DNA of 19,682 nt from Octopus sinensis (taxonomy: Eukaryota). The translations under genes and the position numbers were made by a program. This document shows, one piece after another, positions 10,566 through 19,682 of the stretch (positions are counted from its first letter, which is position 1; every line of letters begins with the position of its first letter). The notes beneath the pieces are model-generated. The model had not been told where the DNA came from. It saw nothing but the letters and a program-made list of their open reading frames with translations, and searched no databases. The stretch is taken from the NCBI RefSeq assembly GCF_006345805.1, contig NW_021824225.1, positions 1 through 19,682 on the forward strand. Direction: 5' to 3'.

Positions 10566-10571
<6 letters not shown>
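10358..10571. repeat. About 214-bp near-perfect palindrome of microsatellite-like DNA
   Basis: 10358-10442 is the exact reverse complement of 10487-10571 by manual comparison; the centre is (TA)n with one G. Confidence 0.8.
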
Positions 10572-10615
<44 letters not shown>

Positions 10616-10949
10616 TCTACATGTATAATTTATTCATACAGTTTATCTCAACGATTTATAAATCGTTTCTATCGAAAAGCTATTTTCAGAAAGAGATGCA
10701 AGCTTTTCAGGAGGAAATATTTGTAAATCGAAGATAGATAACTCTGAATGTATGTGTGTGTATGTGTGTGTGTGCGTGTGTGTGTATGTGTGTGCGTGTG
10801 TGTGTGTGTGCGTGTGTGTATGTGCGTGTGTGGGGGGGAGGGTATTTGCATATACACATTTTTATATATATGCATATATACATGCGTGCATATATATATT
10901 ATACATACATACATATACTTTTTCCTTCTTTCATCTTTTACTTTTTTCA

Positions 10950-11285
10950 GTCATTAGAGGAATTTTTAGTCGAATGAATCGAACAGCGACCCCCCAACCC
11001 GCCCCCCGTCCCAGTACTTATTGTGTGCTTTTAAGCCTGGTACTTAATTCTATCGGTCTCTTTTGCCGTGCCGCAAAGTTACTGGGACGTAAACACACCA
11101 ACACTGGTTGTCAAGCGGTGGTAGCGGATAAGCACAGACAAAAAGACAAGCCCCACCCCATACACACACATTTGTATGTGTTTGAGCGCGCGCGACGGGT
11201 TTCTTTCAGTTTCTGTTTACCAAATCCACTCACAAGGCTTTGTTCGGCACGAGGCTATAGTGGAAAAGAACTTCCTCAACCTATC
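10950..11285 (-). mobile_element. SINE family B copy, 5'-truncated
   Basis: Reverse complement matches 870-1160 (ctatagcctcgtgccgaacaaagccttgtgagtggatttggtaaacagaaactgaaagaaacccgtc ... accgcttgacaaccagtgttggtgtgtttacgtccc ... gaccgatagaattaagtacc). Confidence 0.8.
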
Positions 11286-11409
11286 TAGCTGTCTGTCTTC
11301 CCCCGCTCCGATCACTTTTGATCGGAATTTTATTTTTTTTCTTTTCATTTTCGAAAACAAAAGCACTACATTTGTGTTCGGCCCTGTGTGGCCAATAAAG
11401 AAAGTTATC

Positions 11410-11657
<248 letters not shown>

Positions 11658-11659
11658 TG

Positions 11660-12655
11660 CTTCTTTATCATCCACACAGGGCTGAACACAGAGGGGACAA
11701 AATACAAAGTAGAGCTTTTCTTTTTCGGAAGAAGAAGAAGAAGAAGAAGAGAAAAAAAAGTGGGTCGAATTTCGATCAATAGGAATCATGTATCATAGAA
11801 ATGTCAATGTAAAAAGGGAAAACAGATTAGATTTATCCGAGGAAAGAAAAGCCTACGGAAAAGACCACTGTAACCTTGAGCAATAACGTCATGCAAAAAA
11901 AAATACGTTACACTGACTCTTTTTCTTCCCTCTGTTTTTTTGTTTTGCTTTGGTTCATAGGATTATGTTCAAGGTAGCTTGCTGCATTCACCCATCTTTC
12001 TTTTTAAAACATTCACTAGACAAAACTTCCCTCTCTTTTCTCACTTTCCTTTTCAAGTGATACTTGAAGAAGTTAATGAGGGATTCACCAGAGAAGAAAG
12101 TGTTTGTCTCCAATCCTTTCAGACGCGTCCATCGTACACATTCTTTCGCCATAGCCACAAGTACAATGAAAATGGCTCTTCCTTCCCGTTTTCAAGGAAG
12201 GAGGCGCGACAATATTCACGTTAGACTCGGTTTATAAATTGACTCGTCCCACACGCGACAGCAGTCGTTCGACATAGGCCCACAGGTCGGAAATGGTTGG
12301 ACACTGCACGAGTGCGTGTAGAACGGTTTCGTCGCTCTGACCGCATCTCGGGCAGGTCGGCCCCGTGTTCTCTCGAGGCCATGCCTGTAGAGCTTATCCC
12401 AAACGGGTAGCGCTTCTCGATAGCACTGCCAGGCCAGTGATCTCTGGAAGTTGTCTATAGGTCCTGGCCTGAAAGTCGTCTTGAACAGGCGAGTCAGGCA
12501 TTCCTCGTCGACGGCCAGGTTCGCCCCGAGGTCGTCGTCGTACCTCCCTCCACTAATCACCTATAGAATGCTTTGGTTGTGTTGAAGTCGCTCAAGGTCA
12601 ACCCGGGACGGCATAGTTGCGACATTCACGGTACCATTCGCGTTGCTCTCAACGC
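11660..12655 (-). mobile_element. Decayed 3' end of a Tx1/L1-clade non-LTR retrotransposon (ORF2 C-terminus with zf-RVT-like CCHC knuckle plus 3' UTR)
   Basis: Across frameshifts and stops the minus strand reads FQRSLAWQCYREALPVWDKLYRHG / GPTCPRCGQSDETVLHALVQCP (C-x2-C-x8-H-x4-C, 12301-12354) / AIFIVLVAMAKECVRWTR. The coding relic runs to about 11985; extension of the UTR to 11660 is inferred. Confidence 0.8.
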
Positions 12656-12658
12656 GAT

Positions 12659-12695
<37 letters not shown>

Positions 12696-12751
12696 GACAG
12701 AGACAGATAGAGAGACAGACAGATAGATAGGTAGATAGACACATACATACA

Positions 12752-12785
<34 letters not shown>

Positions 12786-13012
12786 CATACATAATACATC
12801 CATACATACATAATACATACATACATGCATGCATACATACATACATACATACATACATACATACATAATACATCCGTACATACATAATACATACATACAT
12901 ACATACATACATACATGCATACATACATACAAACATACATACATACATACATACATACATACATACATACATACATACATACATACATACATACATACAT
13001 ACATACATACAT
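12656..13012. repeat. (GA)n/(GACA)n/(CATA)n compound microsatellite
   Basis: Visible simple repeats. Confidence 0.95.
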
Positions 13013-13013
13013 A

Positions 13014-13182
13014 GGCACAGCAGATTTCTTCACAGTTTCCGTCAACAAAATCCAGTCACAAGGCTATGGTCAGCCCAGGACTATAGCAGAAGATACCTAC
13101 ACAAAATGCCGCGCGGTGGGACTGAACCCGAAATCATGCGTTTGCAAAGCGAGCCTCTTACCGTCACACCCATGCCTGTGCC
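13014..13182 (-). mobile_element. 5' half of SINE family B with tRNA-like head
   Basis: Minus strand ggcacaggcatgggtgtgacggtaagagg...GGTTCAGTCCC (B box, 13118-13128)...ctatagtcctgggctgaccatagccttgtgactggattttgttgacggaaact, leading into the (TATG)n tract. Confidence 0.75.
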
Positions 13183-14646
13183 TGTACGATGAAAAAAACT
13201 TTCTTATACAATCATTTTGTTTGTTTGTTGTTTGTTTGTTTTATGATATATTGTTGATATAAATGGCATATAACAGTGCCATTACAATTTCCTTTTAATC
13301 ATAGTGCCGCTGTGTGCTGTTAATGTAGCGTAAGTTATATGAATTTATAGCTAAGCGCCCGAAAGGGAAACTTTTTGTCCACATTTTATTTTCTGCTATT
13401 CGGTCGGGTAATTTACTAGTAATATAAACATCTTTTATCTACAGGTATTTTTGTACTATGATTAGTATTTAAATATCTAGTTATATACATATTGCAAACA
13501 GAATATACTATCACAATTAGAAACGTTTCTAGGATGGTTTTGTACGAACAGAAACGTTTTATTTGCAGATTACTATAATTTTAGTCACTTTTTTGAATAA
13601 CCAAAAATATCCTTATTATTTTAAATTCGAAATTGATAAAAACATATTGAAAAGAGTAATTTAATCATATATTAATGTAGCAAAAAACCCATATATCATA
13701 TGCTTTCGTATATGTACAACTGAATTCTTGGTATTCAGCCAAATCATGCACTTCGTTTTGATTGATGAGAAAAACGTGTGACTATGCCTACTTGTATATG
13801 TAGTTTACTATAATTCTCTATTGAGTTTTATTTTCTTAATGGAAAATAGGAAGACAACTCAAACTGTAGCCAACATATTATAAATCTAAAATACGATTTG
13901 AATAGTAAAGTGAACCTGTCAAAAATGCAGTATTTGTTTTTTTGGGGGTTTTTTTTTGGTTTTTTTTACGTTATAAATTTTTAGAAATTCATTGTCTCTG
14001 TGTTTATCTATACGTCTGTTTCTGGTTTATTTTAACGAATGAGACCGAGACGTTCTTCAAAAACGTCATCCGACTGTTTTTTATACAGACAGTTCTGCAT
14101 AATACACTAAAGTACAGACAACCGTCACTCGCAAGCAGATACGGTTATATTTACCGAGCTTTCGATAATTGTTTAAGATGGTTATGGTGTTAACGAGCAC
14201 ACATAGAGATTATCTCGGCGACCTCCACGTTGAATCAATGGAATATCCAGGATGTGAAGATGGAAAGAGGGTAAAGAACTAAACCAACCACTGGCTGTTA
14301 TTCTTTTACAGCTAACTAAACCAGAGCAACGTGAAAATAAGTTCCTAGTTCAAATGATACAACACGCTAATTTGTTTTACTGGTGCGGCACTCTTACATA
14401 TTAGCAGATAGGTTTTTACGCTATCTGGATACACTTCGGGCCAACGATTTGAATTCGTCACGAAGACAAATCGAGTATACGGCAGCGATGAAGTACCAGC
14501 GAAATATCGATGTGCCATTCTCATTCACCGCCGGGGTGATTAGTTTAGCCTGACATTGACTTATACTGTCTTTTTCAACACGTCTTTAAAGAGACCTTCT
14601 CGAGATGACATAACGCAGGCAAAAACCATTTAACAACACACATGCA

Positions 14647-14733
<87 letters not shown>

Positions 14734-14793
14734 CCTGATATGTCTATTCACCTCCAACAATAGATAGCTGTTACCATCTTTCATTTCATAACG

Positions 14794-14889
14794 GCTACCT
14801 CTGAAGAGCGCAGGTTTGCATATTCGGGCTGTTACCTAACACTCCGTTGAACCCCTTCTGCGAAACGGATTTATAAGATCTGCCGTAAC
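14794..14889 (+). ncRNA. Degenerate type I hammerhead-like motif (probably inactive)
   Basis: CTGAAGA (14801-14807); stem II GCGCAGG/CTTCTGC with 6 of 7 pairs and a G-C closing pair; GAAA (14862-14865); stem III CGGATTT/AGATCTG; triplet GCC instead of GUC; imperfect stem I GCTAC/GTAAC with 2 extra nt. Confidence 0.45.
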
Positions 14890-14959
14890 GGATATATAAT
14901 ACAGTACGCTTCGATTAATGTGTATGTTTTTCCTACCCACAACAGCTTTAAAATCAGTA

Positions 14960-15148
14960 TAGGCTTGTTTGTGTCAATGTAAATTAGCGGGTCAACAAAC
15001 GGGATGATAGAATAAGTGTCAGGTTTAAAGATAAATACTGTATTTATAGGCATAGATACAGCTGTGTGGTTAAGCCGGAAGAAAAAAAGCCGGAAAAAAT
15101 TCCGCTAAGCATTTTGCCCAACGCGCTAACGCTTCAGCCAACTCACCG
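14960..15148. mobile_element. Decayed SINE fragments: family B tail (+, about 14960-15045) and family A head (-, 15099-15148)
   Basis: gtaaattagcgggtcaacaaacgggatgatagaataagt resembles the family B tail; the reverse complement ggtgagttggctgaagcgttagcgcgttgggcaaaatgcttagcgg matches 5020-5070. Confidence 0.6.
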
Positions 15149-15179
15149 TTTCACAAGGATTTTAATGAAATGCATAGCT

Positions 15180-15710
15180 AGCGAGCTAAGTCGAGAGAGA
15201 GAGAGAGAGGCAGGCAGGCAGAGAGACAGAGATGATAAATACATACATACATACATACATACATACATACATACATACATACATACATACATACATACAT
15301 AAAGCATGCATAACGTGTGTGTGTGTGAGGATGTATATTATGAGTGGCAGGTGTATCTATTTGCACACGTATCCTTACGTTTGTATTCGATATATATATA
15401 TATATACTGTGTGTATTCTTTGTTCACTTACATTGTCAAATTGTTTCTTGTTCTCCTACCTGCACATACGTGCACACTACATATACACACATACATACAT
15501 ATATGAATACATATAAGTGTGTGTATGTGGGTATGCATACGTGTATATGTACATATATATATATATATATGTACTTATAAGTATATACGTATATGTGTAT
15601 ATATTTATGTATATATAATGTGTGTGTGTGTGTGTGTGTATACATGTATATATATATATATACATATATATATTATATATATATATATACATATATATAT
15701 TATATATATT

Positions 15711-15752
<42 letters not shown>

Positions 15753-15902
15753 ATCTATTTTCAAAATATACATATATACAATCATACATATAAGCGTGTT
15801 ATGCGGGTATACATGCACGTATATGTATATGTATGTGTGCGTGTGTGCACACACACACATATATATATGTGTACATGTATATACATATATATACATATAT
15901 AT

Positions 15903-15937
<35 letters not shown>

Positions 15938-16090
15938 AATGTATATCATGTATATATTGCTCTATATAAATTGTATTATTATCTTTGTACACCTATATTA
16001 TCGTATCGGTTATATATATATACACAAAATATTTGCGCATATTGACATCATCATCCATGCATACAACCTAAGCACACGCACACATACATT
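15180..16090. repeat. Compound (GA)n/(CATA)n/(TA)n/(TG)n microsatellite region
   Basis: Visible simple repeats. Confidence 0.9.
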
Positions 16091-17049
16091 TATAAATAAA
16101 TATATAAACTCATGTGTGCGTGTAGGCGTATGTATGCCGAAAATGTTCCCCCTGCGTCAAAGATATACGAAAGACTTAATAAACAATGTTACAATCGAAT
16201 CAAAACAAATCCTAATCCTTGATTTAAGAAGAATATCTCAGAATAAAGGGAATACGAGCAGAATTATTCTGTTTGCTGTCACCCAAGATCCCGGAAAGCA
16301 TAAAATCTTAGATTTCGCAAAACGACAGTTTCTAATTCTACGCCAGTCATCAAAACTATGTAGAACTGTTTAAGAGTCACAAATCGTCAACAGTTAAATG
16401 CAAACATCCAAACTTAAAATTTACTTTGGAGAAGAAATTCAGTGGGTAACCAAGCATGAAGGCTATTGCGGAAAGACTGGCGATTTGATTACATAGGGCG
16501 AATGGTTTTTTTTTTTTAAATCTAAAAGATTAAATGTTCGAAAATGAGGAAGAATTTAAGAATAATATGAATACGAATTGCAAAATGGAGAATTTAATTT
16601 ATACTGAACTACATGTCGAAAATGCATTGAGGCCTCTATCGAACAAGTCGAAACGATGTAAATAGAAAATTAAAGGACACAGTCAGGGTACATAAACAAC
16701 AAATCAGGGAAACGCTCGTCGGAAAATTTATAGTGGTTTAATTAGACATTTGTGCAAATGAGTATTTCGAAACATTCCTCCTTTCCAAAAGAAAGGGAGT
16801 AAACGAACAGTTACGAAAAAAGGAATATTTTACAAAGCTCTTCCATCTGAAAGAAACTGAAATACTGTCAAACACTATCAAACATAATTACCATAGTGGT
16901 AATAACGTATAAAACTTGCCTTTTTATCGCCTGTCGAAAGCGCATACACAATTATTACTTTCATTCCTTCCATGGGGTCTAATTTAATATGTTTGTTAAA
17001 ATAGATTTGTAGATATTTTTTTTAAGTTTGAGAAGCTTTCTCAAATACA

Positions 17050-17121
17050 AATACATATATAGAGACACATTCATACACACACGTACACACGCGTACATGT
17101 GCAGATATATTATATATATAT

Positions 17122-17173
<52 letters not shown>

Positions 17174-17325
17174 GTACGTACGTACATACATACATACATA
17201 CATACATACATACATACATACATACATTCATTCATACATAATATGTATATATATATATATGTATATATATATGCATACATAAGTAGATATGCACATGTAT
17301 AAATATATACATACATAGTAATTAC
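17050..17325. repeat. (GATA)n/(CATA)n/(TA)n microsatellite
   Basis: Visible simple repeats. Confidence 0.9.
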
Positions 17326-17630
17326 ATGTTAAAATTTAAAATGATCCTTGTTAATCTAAATTTAAAACTAGAAACAAGATGTTGCCAATACATTTACTTA
17401 TTTATGCTTTTTTCTTAATGTGATAAAACGCATATTAAACTTACATGAACACTTATATCGGTTAGCCTTGAAGTCATCTTCTTGATTGACTATATATGTG
17501 TGTCCGCGTATGCATGCAATATGTATGAATGAATATTGATATATATAAAATAGTTGAAAAACTAGGATACTAGCAAGTCATGGTAATGATTCTAAGTTTT
17601 GTGTAAAGCTGAGCGCATACATTCGTCAGA

Positions 17631-17685
17631 TACTCTTTTACTTGTTACAGGCATTTGACTGCGGCCATGCTGGAGCACTGCCTTT
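17631..17685 (-). mobile_element. 3' terminus of SINE family B
   Basis: Reverse complement aaggcagtgctccagcatggccgcagtcaaatgcctgtaacaagtaaaagagta matches 1155-1205. Confidence 0.75.
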
Positions 17686-18044
17686 ATATGTGCACTTGAT
17701 ATATTTATGTTGAACAATTACAAAAGAGGGCTCTTAAAGCCCAGCACTCAAAGCCTAACAAAAATTGTCATTATTAAGAGCTAGCAGTTTAAGGGTGGTT
17801 ATTCACGTGAATAATCCAATTCATGAAAGCGAACAGGGTCAAGAAAATATAGAAAATAACAATTGTAGAAAAAGAAAAAGAGAGAAAGAGAGAGTGGGTA
17901 AAGAGTGTGAAGGGATATAGAAAGTAAGGAATAAAAGAATACTGGGAAGAAATATTAAATGTTTAATGGATGAATGGATATACGAAGGATGAACGAGGAA
18001 CAAGGAGAGAGCATTCATGTTGAACCTTTCTTCGGGGATTGAAC

Positions 18045-18365
18045 CAGAATTTTGTACTTCTACTCGTATAAGCAGAATGTGAGTATCAATGATTTGGTGT
18101 TTAAGTACATTCTGGGCGTGAGCAACTTGTAAATATCCGTCGCTCCTCTGCTGAACAAAATTTACGTCTTCTGCTGCCATTGGAGTACGGCTTGCATTTC
18201 TCAAACCAGCCTACAATTGATGTTCTAATCTACAGCCTTATCCCTCAACCATCATAGATGCTTAGCCAATGTAGTGATGTTCTGCTTCACGAAGCTCTTG
18301 ATCGATGCGATATGGTTGCGTAGGCGTTTCTTGAAGGGGCCCTCTGTCAATCCAGTTTAGTAATT
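18045..18365 (-). mobile_element. Pseudogenised GIY-YIG endonuclease domain of a Penelope-like element
   Basis: Across two frameshifts and several stops: NY*TGLTEGPFKKRLRNHIASIK...TTLAKHL*WLRDKAVD*NI / KCKPYSNGSRRRKFCSAEE / YLNTKSLILTFCLYE*KYKIL. This follows the PLE pattern YIGxTxxxFKxRxxNH...LxKHxW...PYxNGSxxCxLC...LLNxxSE. Not visible in the ORF track. Confidence 0.75.
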
Positions 18366-19109
18366 TATGAAACATGCGTTACAAATTCCAGTCAAAGGAA
18401 AAAATTATCTGTGTTGCGAAGAAAACAACAAGCAAACTTATCCTATCTAAACAAGAGTTAGAGGTAAACCTGGCAGATATTTTAAGTGAAATACTTTGTG
18501 GGGAGAATGGAGATATGGCACTATAAGTGTCACCCTTAAAACGGAGTACAGGACTTAAGAACAGTCCCAGATAATTGGGCACAGCTACCGTAAACTGGTC
18601 CCACAGTATTTGTAGAGGAACGCGTCGGTCAGTGTCAGATGATGTTGAACTACCGGATTATAGTACTCTTCGTAACGCAATATGAACAAATGATTTTCAC
18701 AGATATACCGTATTGCGTTATGTGGTCGGGTGGGATCAGCATAGCTATGCAGTGCTCATGACTCTGCAAGGCCCTACAAAAACATCGAAACTGCGTCCCG
18801 TAGAGGGTGCAGAGAGATAGACCTCAAAAAGCTCTGCATCCAAGATAGACGACCTAAAATCTTTTTACACAGGAAATCTTTTTACACAGAAAATCTTTAA
18901 TACAAAACAAAAGAAGTAACAGCAAATCACAGAGGCTATCGCTTCTATGGCGATACCAGACAAAATTCATAAATCATCAAATGAAAGTGCCTGTCTTCAT
19001 TTCGATGAGCAAACCATGACTCCCACACACACTGCGAGCTACAATCAGCAAAAGTAAGTATGTATGTGTGTGTGCGCGCGTGTGTGTGTGTGTGGGGGGG
19101 GGGTTATGT

Positions 19110-19230
19110 GTGTGTTTGTGTGTCTTTGTCCCCCAACATCGCTTGACAACCGATGGTGGTGTGTTTACGTTCCCGCAACCTAGCGGTTCAGCAAAAAAGA
19201 CCGATAGAATAAATATTAGGCTTACAAAGC
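19110..19230 (+). mobile_element. 3' half of SINE family B, truncated
   Basis: ctttgtcccccaacatcgcttgacaaccgatggtggtgtgtttacgttcccgcaacctagcggttcagcaaaaaagaccgatagaataaatattaggcttacaaag matches 1015-1125. Confidence 0.8.
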
Positions 19231-19682
19231 CCACAACAACAGCAACAGCTAGTAACAAGAGATATGTAATCGAGGACTAGGATAGCCGTAGAAGTTCTAA
19301 GCCTGAAAACCATAGTACCATACTGTAGCTTTACTCTTTGAAGCCGCTGAAACTAAAGGCATGTGACAGACGGTGTAGGGCAAAGGTTTCAGTTTTTTTC
19401 TTTTTTTTTGCTGAAGTAGCAGGAGATGCATAATGGCCATTTTACTGAAGAGCATAGGAGATGAAAAAAGCAGCAAGGAAAGCCACATGTTTCTGTCGTT
19501 ATAGCATGATCGGTTATAATTCCGAAGGCGGTCACTTTGTATTCTGGTTGGTGAGCAGACACTCTGTACTTTTGCCATAGTAACGAGCAGCATTAATCTA
19601 GCGTCTCGTGATGAGCAAGAAGAGAAGAAGAGATTAAGGAAGAATATGAAGAAACTAGCTGTGGGCAACATTTGAGTAAAAG

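Noticed and set aside
11307-11345. Intrinsic terminator look-alike TCCGATCA-CTTT-TGATCGGA plus T-run
   Set aside because: The context is eukaryotic with no bacterial gene upstream; treated as an incidental hairpin.
14484-14514. Hammerhead-like GCGATGAAGTACCAGCGAAATATCGATGT
   Set aside because: The CUGA box is mutated, stem II is only about 1 bp and no stem I is present.
17600-17640. Minus-strand CTGACGA
   Set aside because: It sits at a SINE tail boundary, with no GAAA box or stems I and III.
17839-18204. 121-aa minus-strand ORF
   Set aside because: It is an off-frame reading of the PLE relic continuing into CT-rich low-complexity sequence.
19445-19490. Plus-strand CTGAAGA followed by GAAA
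   Set aside because: No stem II, III or I pairing.
19297-19671. 124-aa minus-strand ORF with a hydrophobic start
   Set aside because: No recognisable domain, it includes low-complexity runs, and ORFs of this size are expected by chance.

Overview
Eukaryotic, AT-rich, microsatellite-dense non-coding DNA. It is almost certainly cephalopod (Octopus-type), judged from recognisable tRNA-derived SINE families; that assignment is recalled from known families and was not searched. No intact protein-coding gene, tRNA, rRNA or CRISPR array is supported, and nearly all listed ORFs are translations of simple repeats. The window is a transposon graveyard. It holds about ten SINE pieces of two families, a 5'-truncated RTE-type LINE end with two C2H2 fingers (6078-6350), a decayed Tx1/L1-clade LINE 3' end (11660-12655), a Penelope-like GIY-YIG endonuclease relic (18045-18365), a Tc2/pogo-like MITE (9029-9548), a Helitron-like element (8534-8930) and a hierarchical 8-mer/18-mer minisatellite (4031-4960). 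The most notable signal is a nearly canonical type I hammerhead ribozyme fold (7946-8008) inside a 133-bp near-perfect inverted repeat, within a cluster of fold-back structures; two more decayed hammerhead-like motifs occur elsewhere. A second notable signal is that the apparent 3' terminus of the Tx1 LINE matches the tail of one SINE family.
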